The notes under the pieces: model-generated | The model's input: the letters and a program-made list of their open reading frames with translations, nothing else | What the model was told of the DNA's origin: nothing | The model's database searches: none | From: an uncultured archaeon | GTDB lineage: Archaea > Hadarchaeota > Hadarchaeia > Hadarchaeales > Hadarchaeaceae | DNA: 57,798 nucleotides | Direction: 5' to 3' | NCBI GenBank assembly: GCA_937921735.1 | Contig: CAKZTQ010000045.1 | Span: 1-57,798 of the forward strand | Position numbers and translations under genes: made by a program | In this document: positions 47,182 through 56,006 of the stretch, in pieces | How the letters are laid out: every line of letters starts with the position of its first letter | Numbering within the stretch: position 1 is the first letter of the stretch

Positions 47182-47203
47182 CGTGATACCCTAACTTTAG
47201 GCC

Positions 47204-47272
47204 CTACGACGCACATATGCAGCTGTTTTTCTTGCATTCCTCCCGGCTTAACTTCCATTTCTTGGTCCGCAG
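47204..47272 (-). CDS. Candidate 22-aa Cys-rich peptide (possible rSAM substrate or leader)
   Basis: CTG-started RTKKWKLSREECKKNSCICAS, with SD GGGTGA 4 nt upstream and TTAAAT about 25 nt further up. The stop is 22 nt before the rSAM ATG. Confidence 0.35.
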   Translation of the reverse strand: MRTKKWKLSREECKKNSCICAS

Positions 47273-47401
47273 AAAATCACCCGAGTTAAGCTGCGCTAGG
47301 TACGATTTAAGTGTATCGTGCTGGTGTTTGTGACGTGAGCCAGTCGCCTCGGTTCGGCGATAAGGTTTAAACTTCATTTGACCCAAAATCCACGGGGCGG
47401 C

Positions 47402-48532
47402 ATGAAGCAGCTTCAGCTTGCCAGCGTCCATCGCTCCCTGGGGGCGAAGATGGTACCGTTTGCTGGTTGGGAAATGCCACTTATGTATTCCAGTATCGCA
47501 GAAGAACACCTTGCCGTCAGGGAGACCGCTGGATTATTCGACGTCAGCCACATGGGCGAGCTGATCGTCGAGGGAAAGGACGTCGAGGACTTTCTACAGC
47601 ACGTAACCTCGAACGACTTAGCTAAGCTAAAAGTGTTCGATGCGCAGTACTCGACGGTTCTCAACGAGCGCGGCGGCGTGAAGGATGACGTCTTCGTTTA
47701 CAAGCTCGAGGAGCAAAAGTACATGGTGGTGACCAACGCGGTCAACGTCGAGAAGATCTTCAATTGGTTCAAGCAGCACGCTCGGGGAGATGTTAAGATA
47801 GAGGACATCACGGATCGAACGGTCATGCTAGCATTGCAAGGGCCTAGGGCGGAAGAAGTGCTCCAGCAATTGACAGAATTCGAGCTAAAAGGGCTGAAGC
47901 GCTTCAAGAGCGCCCAGATCGAAATAGCCAACATTCCCCTGCTCGTGAGCCGCACCGGCTACACAGGCGAGGATGGGTTTGAGCTCTACCTGATGGATGA
48001 AAGCGCTTCCAAACCCGGGCGCGCGGAAAAGCTTTGGGATGTCCTGCTTCGCGCTGGTGAGGAGGTCGGCGTTAGACCCTGTGGCTTAGGTGCGAGGGAT
48101 ACCACAAGGCTAGAGGCGGGATATGTGCTTTATAATCACGAGCTCAACGAGGAGATCACACCGCTTGAGGCCAAGATACAGTATGCGGTCAAGTTGGAGA
48201 AGGGGGACTTCGTAGGACGCGAAGCTCTCATCGCACAGAAGGAGGTTGGGTTGAAGAAAATGCGCATAGGTCTCAAGATGCTGGAGCCGGGTGTGCCCAG
48301 AGAAGGTTGTAGGGTGTTGAAGGATGGGAAGGAAGTGGGTTATCTAACCTCCGGCACCTTTTCGCCTCTCTTGAAAGTCGGAATCGCCATGGGCTACGCA
48401 ACCCCAGATATCGCGCTCGGCACGGAGGTGATGGTCGAAATACACGGCAAACCTCGGCGAGCGGAGGTCGTCGGATGGCCGTTTTACGATCCTCAAAAGT
48501 ATGGCTTCAGCAGGAGGGCGGAATCATCGTGA
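47402..48532 (+). CDS. gcvT: Glycine cleavage system aminomethyltransferase T
   Basis: Motifs FAGWEMP, LFDVSHMG, RTGYTGEDGFE, GLGARDTTRLEAG and TSGTFSP. Confidence 0.96.
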   Translation: MKQLQLASVHRSLGAKMVPFAGWEMPLMYSSIAEEHLAVRETAGLFDVSHMGELIVEGKDVEDFLQHVTSNDLAKLKVFDAQYSTVLNERGGVKDDVFVYKLEEQKYMVVTNAVNVEKIFNWFKQHARGDVKIEDITDRTVMLALQGPRAEEVLQQLTEFELKGLKRFKSAQIEIANIPLLVSRTGYTGEDGFELYLMDESASKPGRAEKLWDVLLRAGEEVGVRPCGLGARDTTRLEAGYVLYNHELNEEITPLEAKIQYAVKLEKGDFVGREALIAQKEVGLKKMRIGLKMLEPGVPREGCRVLKDGKEVGYLTSGTFSPLLKVGIAMGYATPDIALGTEVMVEIHGKPRRAEVVGWPFYDPQKYGFSRRAESS

Positions 48533-49635
48533 AGGTATTTGGGCATCTGATGAAGGAAGTGATAAATCCCGGGCTCTGCTTGAGCTGCGGGGCCTGTGCA
48601 GCTTCTTGTACACATGCTGCGGTCCAGATGGTGGACGAAAGACCCATGCTGAAAACTAAATGCGAATTATGCAATGTTTGCTATTATCACTGCCCACAGG
48701 TCAACGATCAAGCGGCGCTGGAGGTCAAGACCTTCGGGCGCAGCGCCAGCGAGGGCGAGGTCCTAGGTGTCTACGAAAGGGCGTTCTCGGCTAAAGCATT
48801 GGACCCAGAGATAATCGCGCACGCGCAGGACGGAGGCGCGGTTACGGCGTTGTTAGCTGCCCTGCTTGAGGTCGGATTTATAGATGGTGCCGTGGTGATG
48901 GGCAGGGATGAGAGGTGGCGCCCTACCCCAAGGGTGGCGCTCACGAAGGAAGAGCTCATCGAGTGCAGCGGGACGAAGTATTCTAGAGGCGCGATCCTAC
49001 TTGGGCTACGCGACGCCGTCGATCTCTACTCCTGCCAACGTTTGGCGCTCGTGGGCACCCCGTGTCAGATCAAGGCGTTCCGAGCGATGGCGACGGGGGA
49101 GCGCGCCGTCTATCGCCTCACCCATGCGGTCAGGCTGTGCATAGGGCTCTTCTGCATGAGGGCCTTTCCGTACGAGGGCTTCTTCAGGCGGGTCATTGAG
49201 GGGCAGCTCGAGATCAAACTGGAAGAGGTGCCGAAGTTCGATATCAAAAGGGGAAGGTTCATAATTTATCGTAGGGGGAAACCCAAACGTGAGTTGGCGA
49301 TAGACGCCCTCGAGCAGTTCGTCGACGTCCCCTGCAAGCTATGTTCGGATTTCGCGTCGGGGCTGGCAGATATCTCGGTGGGCGCCGCGGGGTCGCCCCC
49401 GAATCGCTCTACGATGCTGCTTCGCACAAGTAGAGCATTCGAAGCGCTCGATGCGGTTGGTGGAAGCAAAGCGCTCGAGCTTCGACCCCTCGAGGAGGTC
49501 GAGCCTGGCCTAGATGCGGTCAAGCGGGCAGCAATGGGGAAGAAAAAAGATGCCGATAACGAGATAGACCGCAGGCGAAGGTTGGGTAAGCCTCTGCCTC
49601 CTTGGCTTCAACGACAGGAGGGGGAAGCCACCTAA
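48529..49635 (+). CDS. FrhB/FpoF-family F420-binding oxidoreductase subunit with N-terminal ferredoxin
   Basis: Motifs CLSCGACAASC, CELCNVC...CP, QDGGAVTA, GTKY, GTPCQ, IGLFC and CKLCSDF. Confidence 0.92.
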   Translation: MKVFGHLMKEVINPGLCLSCGACAASCTHAAVQMVDERPMLKTKCELCNVCYYHCPQVNDQAALEVKTFGRSASEGEVLGVYERAFSAKALDPEIIAHAQDGGAVTALLAALLEVGFIDGAVVMGRDERWRPTPRVALTKEELIECSGTKYSRGAILLGLRDAVDLYSCQRLALVGTPCQIKAFRAMATGERAVYRLTHAVRLCIGLFCMRAFPYEGFFRRVIEGQLEIKLEEVPKFDIKRGRFIIYRRGKPKRELAIDALEQFVDVPCKLCSDFASGLADISVGAAGSPPNRSTMLLRTSRAFEALDAVGGSKALELRPLEEVEPGLDAVKRAAMGKKKDADNEIDRRRRLGKPLPPWLQRQEGEAT

Positions 49636-49637
49636 CC

Positions 49638-50627
49638 CTACTTTAAAAGTTCCTCTATCGAATCTATGGCCTTGGCCGGCTCTGGTCCTATGGGGGCGCC
49701 GATGACGACCTGTGTTATCCCCAGCTTGTCTAGATCGTCGATATGTCTCTCGAAATCAGATGGCGTGCCGCATACCGCGAAGGCATCGATCATCCGATCG
49801 GTCACCGCCTCAGCTGCCTTTTGAACTTCCCCGATGCGAAGGTACTCCCAAACTTTTTTCACCTCATCTAGAGGTATATCGTGCCTCTGCAGTGCCCAAG
49901 GAGGGGCGGAAGATGCTATGAAGGCGACGATCCTCCTCACCGCCCTTCGAGCTTTTTCCACGTCCTCATCGATGGAGGTTGCCATGTATGCAACCACATC
50001 TAACTCCTCGAGCTTTTTATTGGAGGACTCAGCCCCTCTCCTGATATAGCCGATGCATTCCTTTAGGTCATCGCGGTGCGATGCATTTATGAGCGCCCCA
50101 TCGGCGATCGAACCCGCCAGTTCCAACATTCTCGGTCCACGGCCACCAACGTATATCGGTACCCTGGTATCGGGCTTGAAGCGGAGCTTCGCGCCCCTAC
50201 AGGTGAAAACCTCGCCGGAAAAATCCACCCGCTCCCCCGCTAGCAACCTACGAGCGATGTGCACCGCCTCTCGCACGGCGGCGATGGGCCTGTGGTGTCT
50301 TACCCCCACCGTGGCGAGGAAAGTAGGATCGCCGGCGGAGATGCCGAGGACCGCGCGACCACCCGAGAGCTCGTCCAGCGTGGCGATCGCCGCGGCCGTC
50401 ACGGCGGGGTGGACGAGGTAGGGGTTGGTCACCCCCGGCCCTAACCTCACCCGTTTGGTGGCGAGGGCAATCGCCGCCAGCACGGAGTGCACGTAGCGAT
50501 TGTGATAGTGGTCGCATACCCAAACGTAATCAAACCCAGCGCCCTCCACCTTCTTCGCGAGCGAGACCAAGGCGTCGCACGTTTTATAGGGCACGAACTC
50601 CACGCCGAACTTCACCGAATCCCCCAC
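49638..50627 (-). CDS. mer: F420-dependent methylene-tetrahydropterin reductase (Mer)
   Basis: Motifs KFGVEFVP, WVCDHYHNR, GPGVTNPY, GRGPRML and LINASH. Confidence 0.93.
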   Translation of the reverse strand: MGDSVKFGVEFVPYKTCDALVSLAKKVEGAGFDYVWVCDHYHNRYVHSVLAAIALATKRVRLGPGVTNPYLVHPAVTAAAIATLDELSGGRAVLGISAGDPTFLATVGVRHHRPIAAVREAVHIARRLLAGERVDFSGEVFTCRGAKLRFKPDTRVPIYVGGRGPRMLELAGSIADGALINASHRDDLKECIGYIRRGAESSNKKLEELDVVAYMATSIDEDVEKARRAVRRIVAFIASSAPPWALQRHDIPLDEVKKVWEYLRIGEVQKAAEAVTDRMIDAFAVCGTPSDFERHIDDLDKLGITQVVIGAPIGPEPAKAIDSIEELLK

Positions 50628-50668
50628 GATTTAAGGCTGGGAGGTGCTATAATACCGACGGTGCTCCC

Positions 50669-51409
50669 GTGCAACTCATCCCCCTCAAAGGTCTACCTTT
50701 GGTGAAAAGAGGCGATCGCATAGATGAGCTGATCGTCGACGCCCTCAAGAGGCAGGGTTTGGAGCTGGAAGATGGAGACGTGGTGGTGGTGGCACAGACC
50801 ATCGTCTCCAAGGTGGAGGGAAGCGTCGTCGACCTCCGAAAGGTTAAGCCCAGCAAGTTCGCGAGGTATTTGGCCAAGAAGTTAGAAAGGGATGCGAGAG
50901 AGGTCGAGGTCATCCTCCAGCAATCCAGGGAGATAATTAGACTGAAGCACGTTTTGATCGCACGGACCGAGCATGGTTTTGTCTGCGCCAACGCAGGCGT
51001 GGACCACTCCAACGCTGGGGCAAATCGCGTGACTCTCCTGCCGCGTGACCCGGATGCGAGCGCGAGGAGGATCCGAGAGGGGATAAGGCGGGCTTTAGGC
51101 AAGGACGTCGCGGTCATCGTCTCCGACACGCAGGGGAGGCCCTTCAGACAGGGCGCCATAGGCGTGGCCGTGGGCGTGGCCGGGATGAAACCCCTGTTGG
51201 ACCTCAGGGGAAGACGGGACCTATACGGAAAGGAACTAAGGGCCACGATCACCTCTCCGGCTGACGCGATAGCAGCCGCGGCGGTAGCGCTGATGGGTGA
51301 GGCCGATGAGGGCACACCTGTGGTCGTAGTAAAGGGGGCGGTCTACGAACGCGGTGAGGGCAGCGCGCGAGAACTCGTCATGCCCAAGGAGAGGGATTTG
51401 TTCGGGTGA
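50669..51409 (+). CDS. cofE: Coenzyme F420-0:L-glutamate ligase
   Basis: Motifs TIVSKVEG, CANAGVDHSN, SDTQGRPFR and MGEADEGTP. Lies next to cofD. Confidence 0.93.
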   Translation: MQLIPLKGLPLVKRGDRIDELIVDALKRQGLELEDGDVVVVAQTIVSKVEGSVVDLRKVKPSKFARYLAKKLERDAREVEVILQQSREIIRLKHVLIARTEHGFVCANAGVDHSNAGANRVTLLPRDPDASARRIREGIRRALGKDVAVIVSDTQGRPFRQGAIGVAVGVAGMKPLLDLRGRRDLYGKELRATITSPADAIAAAAVALMGEADEGTPVVVVKGAVYERGEGSARELVMPKERDLFG

Positions 51410-51413
51410 TGAA

Positions 51414-52340
51414 GTGCTGGCGGTGCTCTCGGGCGGCACGGGAACGCCGAAGTTGCTGCAAGGGTTATCGCGCCTGCTCGAGCCACGCGAGCTGGCGATC
51501 ATCGTCAACACCGGTGAGGACTTAGAGGTCTCCGGCATGTACGTCTCACCCGATATAGATACCGTCGTTTACACGCTCGCCGGCATAGTGAACGAGGAAA
51601 CGTGGTATGGCATCCGAGGGGACACCTTCCTTTGCCACGAGATGCTCAAACGCTTGGGCGAGGTCGAGATGCTCAGGATCGGGGATCGGGATAGAGCTGT
51701 CAAGCTTTATCGCACGCTCCTGCTCAAGCGGGGAAAAACCCTTTCTGAAGCCACGGGAATGCTTTGCGAGAAGCTGGGCGTCGAATTCAGGGTCATGCCA
51801 ATGTCGGACGACCGCGTGACGACGAGCATCGTCACGGAGTCGGGAAAGATGTCCTTCCATGAATTCTGGGTCGTCCGCAAGGCCGAAGACAGGGTCTTAG
51901 ATGTTAAGTTCGAGGGGGTGGAAACCGCCAGGCCGGCGCCAGGCGTGATCGAGACGCTCGAATCGGCAGAGGCGATCCTAATCGGACCTAGCAACCCCGT
52001 GACGAGCATCGGCCCGATTGTCTCGATTGGGGAAATCAGGCGGGCCTTATGCAGGCGGCGGGGCGACGTGATCGCCATCAGCCCGATCATCGGAGATCGC
52101 CCGGTAAGCGGGCCGGCAGGCGTGCTGATGAAGGGATTGGGCTACAGCGTAAGCCCAATTGGGGTGGCGCAGCTCTACCGCGATTTCGTGGGAAAGTTCC
52201 TCGTGGACTATTCCGACGGACATCTCGCCCCGGCGATAGAGGAACTCGACATAAAAGTGGTGTCCACGAACATCCTCATGCCCAATCACTTAAGCAGGAT
52301 AGAATTGGCGCGTAAGGTACTCGAATTATTGAAGGGATGA
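51414..52340 (+). CDS. cofD: 2-phospho-L-lactate transferase
   Basis: Motifs LSGGTGTPKL, VNTGED, SPDIDTV, IGDRDRA and GPSNPVTSIGP. Confidence 0.95.
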   Translation: MLAVLSGGTGTPKLLQGLSRLLEPRELAIIVNTGEDLEVSGMYVSPDIDTVVYTLAGIVNEETWYGIRGDTFLCHEMLKRLGEVEMLRIGDRDRAVKLYRTLLLKRGKTLSEATGMLCEKLGVEFRVMPMSDDRVTTSIVTESGKMSFHEFWVVRKAEDRVLDVKFEGVETARPAPGVIETLESAEAILIGPSNPVTSIGPIVSIGEIRRALCRRRGDVIAISPIIGDRPVSGPAGVLMKGLGYSVSPIGVAQLYRDFVGKFLVDYSDGHLAPAIEELDIKVVSTNILMPNHLSRIELARKVLELLKG

Positions 52341-53465
52341 CCTCTTTTGCCCCCTAACTTCCCCGTACGTAGTGGTCCTCTGCCTCGGCACCCGCCCCAA
52401 GTCTAGGATGAGCCTCTCCAACTGCTGGGGTAACATCGTATGATATGTACCGCCTGCCGCCCGAGTGATGTTCTCCTCCATTAAGGTGCCGGAGAGGTCA
52501 TTCGCGCCCGCATTTAACATCACTTGTGCCAGCTTCGGGCCTAGCTTCACCCAAGAGGCCTGCACGTTGTTTATGCAGCCGGCCAGCATCAGTCGAGCGG
52601 TGGCGTGGACCCTGATATCATCGGCCCCACTGGGGGCCTCGCGAACCGTGCCCTCAAGTTGCAGTGGGGTGGCGTGGGGCACGAACGAAAGGGGCACGAA
52701 CTCGGTGAAGCCCCCCGTCTCAAATTGGATCTCCCGCACGAGCGCGAGGTGCTGGGCCCTCTCGCGGGGGGTCTCCACGTGCCCATACATCATGGTGGCT
52801 GTCGTGGGCAGTCCGTGCTCGTGGCAAGCTTTGATCGTCTCGACCCAAGAGTTCGAGTCGAGCTTCTGGGGACAGATGATGTTGCGAACCCTATCGACTA
52901 AGATCTCAGCGGCGGTCCCAGGGACCGAGTTAAGGCCCGCCTCCTTCAATGCTACGATCACCTCGTCTATCGACATGCCCTCTTGCCCAGCGATGTGGTT
53001 GAGCTCGGCGGGCGAAAAGGCGTGAATGTGGACATCGGGGGAGACCTGCCTGATCGCGGTCAGGATGGCCACGTAGTCCTCCAGCCCAAGCTCTGGGTGC
53101 AGGCCACCTTGAACGCAAACCTCCGTGGCACCAAACGAGATGGCTTCACGAGTCTTTCGCGCGATTTCCTCCAGCGTGAGGACGTAAGCGTCTGGATCCC
53201 CCGGCGAGCGTCGAAAGGCGCAAAACCTACAACTGCCCACGCAGATGTTCGTGAAATTTATGTTCCTGTTGACGACGTAGGTCACCACATCCCCAACCGC
53301 CTGACGCCTTACCTCGTCCGCGACGAGGGCGAGGGCGGTGAGCTCCCTTCCCTTGGCCTTGAGCAATCGTTCGCCCTCATCCACCGTCAGCTCGCCCCCA
53401 TCGAGCGCTTTTTTCAGGATCCTCGAGAATTCGCGGTCGAGCCCGTCCAACAGTTCATCGAACAT
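52326..53465 (-). CDS. cofH: FO synthase subunit 2
   Basis: Motifs VTYVVNRNINFTNICVGSCRFCAF, PGTAAEIL, NVQASWVKLG and GTLMEENI; cof-cluster context. Confidence 0.93.
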   Translation of the reverse strand: MFDELLDGLDREFSRILKKALDGGELTVDEGERLLKAKGRELTALALVADEVRRQAVGDVVTYVVNRNINFTNICVGSCRFCAFRRSPGDPDAYVLTLEEIARKTREAISFGATEVCVQGGLHPELGLEDYVAILTAIRQVSPDVHIHAFSPAELNHIAGQEGMSIDEVIVALKEAGLNSVPGTAAEILVDRVRNIICPQKLDSNSWVETIKACHEHGLPTTATMMYGHVETPRERAQHLALVREIQFETGGFTEFVPLSFVPHATPLQLEGTVREAPSGADDIRVHATARLMLAGCINNVQASWVKLGPKLAQVMLNAGANDLSGTLMEENITRAAGGTYHTMLPQQLERLILDLGRVPRQRTTTYGEVRGQKRSSLQ

Positions 53466-54594
53466 CGTTCAGCCTCCTGTAGCCGAATTCGTCCATGAGC
53501 TCGATCAGGGCCGCGCAGACCTCGTCCGAGACGAAGCGTGGGTCCCTCGCAAAGCATGGGTAGATGGGTAACCTTTCCCTTGGGATAAACCCCGCGGACC
53601 TAATCATCATGCGGAGAGCCTCGAGCTCAGGCCAGGCTCGCTCGGGATTTATGAAGTCGGGCGTCACCGGGGAGATGCCGCCTAAATCGTTGGCACCCGC
53701 TATGAGAAATCGCCCCACGTCGCGCACCAAGTTAGGCGCGACCTGGATGTTCATAGAGGGCATCATCAATCTCGCCACAGCTACTACGGCCAGGAGCTCC
53801 TCCTCGCTTGGGCTAGGACAATTCGCCATGGGCGTGCCCGGCTTCGGTATGAAAGGCTGCACGATGATCTCCTGGATGTGCCCATACTTCTCATGAATCC
53901 TCATGAGCTCTAGCAGGGATCTCGCGCGGTCCTCGAAGCCCTCCCCTATGCCTATGAGCAAACCGGTGGTGAAGGGTATCTTAAGCTTGCCGGCCATCTC
54001 GATCATCTCCAAACGTAGCTTCGGGTCCTTGCCTGGGCTCTCGCGGTGCGCTGGCAGCTCGGCCGCACATTCGAGCATCAGCCCCATGCTAGCGTTCCAC
54101 CTGCGCAGCTGGCGCAATTTTCGCTCGCTCAGGATGCCCGCGTTGGTGTGGGGCAACAGCCCATAGCTAAGCGCGAGCTTGCACAGGTCCTCGAGGTAAT
54201 CGGTCATCTCCCGGTAACCGAGCTCGTCCAGCGCGCGTCGGGCTTCCTCATGCACCTCCGGCCGCTCCCCCAACGTGAGTAGGGCTTCCGAGCACCCGGC
54301 CTCCTTTGCGAGCTCTAGGAGCTCGGCCACCTCTTCTGGCCTCATGAATTTGGCCCGCTCGCTACCCGGCTCCTGCCTAAAGCCGCAGTACCAGCAACGG
54401 TTGCGGCAGAGGTTGGTGATCGGCAGAAAAACGTTGCGTGAATAAGTGACCTCTGGCCCCAATGATCTACGGACCTCCGATGCTAGCTCGATCAGCCGCG
54501 AGAGCTCGCCGCCGGTGGCGCGGAGTAGGGGCGCGAGATGCTCGAGGCGCGGCTCTCCCGTGCGGAGTTCTGCGAAAGCTCGATCGAAATCCAA
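53455..54594 (-). CDS. cofG: FO synthase subunit 1
   Basis: Motifs VTYSRNVFLPITNLCRNRCWYCGF, LPHTNAG, SMGLMLE and GGISPVTPDFINPE. The start is approximate (TTG 54594). Confidence 0.93.
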   Translation of the reverse strand: MDFDRAFAELRTGEPRLEHLAPLLRATGGELSRLIELASEVRRSLGPEVTYSRNVFLPITNLCRNRCWYCGFRQEPGSERAKFMRPEEVAELLELAKEAGCSEALLTLGERPEVHEEARRALDELGYREMTDYLEDLCKLALSYGLLPHTNAGILSERKLRQLRRWNASMGLMLECAAELPAHRESPGKDPKLRLEMIEMAGKLKIPFTTGLLIGIGEGFEDRARSLLELMRIHEKYGHIQEIIVQPFIPKPGTPMANCPSPSEEELLAVVAVARLMMPSMNIQVAPNLVRDVGRFLIAGANDLGGISPVTPDFINPERAWPELEALRMMIRSAGFIPRERLPIYPCFARDPRFVSDEVCAALIELMDEFGYRRLNDVR

Positions 54595-54643
54595 AGGGGC
54601 ACCATCATAAAGGTGCACGGCGCCATAAAAGTGCTTGATCGAC

Positions 54644-55297
54644 ATGCCGACGTGGGCCATCGTGCCCGTCAAGAGGCTAAGCGAGGCCAAGTCGAGCCTA
54701 GGCCACGTGCTCGGAGAGGGGGAGAGGCGCGAGCTGGTGCTGAGCATGCTCGCGGACGTGTTAGAGGTCGTCAAGGCTACCCCCTCGCTAGCCGGTGCGG
54801 TGGTAGTTTCTCCCGACGAGGAGGTCCTCCGCGCCGCGAGGGTCTCGGGCGCGCTGGGCCTGCTCGAGCCGAGCGTGGGGCTGAACAGGGCCATCGAGCT
54901 CGCGATCCAGCGCGCAGCGGCGGAGGGCGCGGATGCCGTGCTGGTGCTTCCCGCCGATTTGCCGCTCGTGAAGGTTGCGGACCTCGAGAACATCGTCGCG
55001 ATGGCGCGTTCCCCGCGAGAGGTCGTGCTCGCGCCCTCTAAGGACAACGGCACAAACGTCCTGCTGTTGAAGCCGCCTGATGCGATGAGTCCGAGGTTCG
55101 GAGGGGAGAGCTTCGTCGATCACCTTTGGGAGGCCCGAGGAAAGGGCATACTACCCCGGATATACCGCTCCACCTCCACCGCGATGGACGTAGACGATGT
55201 TCAAGACCTGATGAACCTCGAGGTAGAGGAACTCGGCGCACATACCCGCGCCGTGGTTCAAAGGATCAGGCGCGGGACGAAGCTGGCCAAGAAGTAA
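54644..55297 (+). CDS. cofC: 2-phospho-L-lactate guanylyltransferase
   Basis: Motifs AIVPVK...AKSSL, LNRAI, PADLP, GTN, FGGESF and DVD...DL. Confidence 0.93.
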   Translation: MPTWAIVPVKRLSEAKSSLGHVLGEGERRELVLSMLADVLEVVKATPSLAGAVVVSPDEEVLRAARVSGALGLLEPSVGLNRAIELAIQRAAAEGADAVLVLPADLPLVKVADLENIVAMARSPREVVLAPSKDNGTNVLLLKPPDAMSPRFGGESFVDHLWEARGKGILPRIYRSTSTAMDVDDVQDLMNLEVEELGAHTRAVVQRIRRGTKLAKK

Positions 55298-55899
55298 GCG
55301 CCGAAGAGCAAAAGCACCGCCCCGCATGCTAGGAGAAGCCCCTTATACGCTCGAGTTCCCAGGAGCCACCTTCCCCTAGCTATGGAGTAGGAGACGAGGG
55401 AGTACCACCCCAAGTCCGCGAGGAAGTGCCCGATCAACCACAGGATCGCCCCAAGCGCGGCGGCGGCCAAGAAGGCCTGGGTGAGCATCGCGAGCCCCAC
55501 CGTCGACCACCACAGGAAGACGCTGGGATTCAACACGCTGCTAAAGAGCACGCCCCCTATGATCGCGTGATGCTTTAAGCCCGGCACGTTGGGTCTAAAC
55601 TCGTGGAGGTTTTTGACCCTCGAGAGGTTGAGCCCGCCCAGCAAGACGAGAAGCAACCCGCCGATCACCCCTATCGCGGTTTGGAGCGCTTGGGTCTTGA
55701 CCGCAAATCCGAGCCCCAAGGCGACGACTGAGACTATCGCGAGTTCCACCACGACATGACCCGCCGCCGCGAAAGCCCCGCTCCTTCCGCCGTCGGAGAG
55801 GGTCTTAACGACCACGTACGCCAACAGGGGGCCGGGTATCAGCGCGCCCGAGAGGGCGATTATAAAACCTATGGGTAGCTGGACGATCGCCTCGAACAT
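55258..55899 (-). CDS. LysE-family transporter
   Basis: Motifs ALSGALIPGPL, GHVVVE and LNPSVFLWW; about 6 TM helices. Confidence 0.88.
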   Translation of the reverse strand: MFEAIVQLPIGFIIALSGALIPGPLLAYVVVKTLSDGGRSGAFAAAGHVVVELAIVSVVALGLGFAVKTQALQTAIGVIGGLLLVLLGGLNLSRVKNLHEFRPNVPGLKHHAIIGGVLFSSVLNPSVFLWWSTVGLAMLTQAFLAAAALGAILWLIGHFLADLGWYSLVSYSIARGRWLLGTRAYKGLLLACGAVLLLFGAYFLASFVPRLIL

Positions 55900-55940
55900 C
55901 GTGACCCATCTCTGCTCGCTGGGGAAAGCTTTAAATTTTC

Positions 55941-55983
55941 TTTTTGTACAAAAATGTACTAAAAAGCTTTAAATAGTACAAAT
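55941..55983 (+). promoter_or_regulatory. trpB2 promoter with TRP-box-like TGTACA repeats
   Basis: TGTACA (55945), TGTACT (55955) and AGTACA (55975) flank TTTAAATA, in 10-bp phase. Confidence 0.6.
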
Positions 55984-56006
55984 TTAAAAAGAAAGCCTGG
56001 GTTGGC

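Noticed and set aside
52326-53465. MqnC/MqnE (futalosine pathway) assignment
   Set aside because: Direct overlap with cofG and clustering with cofC/D/E favour CofH.
54595-55053. 153-aa N-terminal extension of CofG in the ORF track
   Set aside because: It is the antisense of cofC (Ser/Thr/Ala-rich shadow). Similar false extensions affect gatE, purA, folP, AcnX large, the PH-domain and RAM genes.
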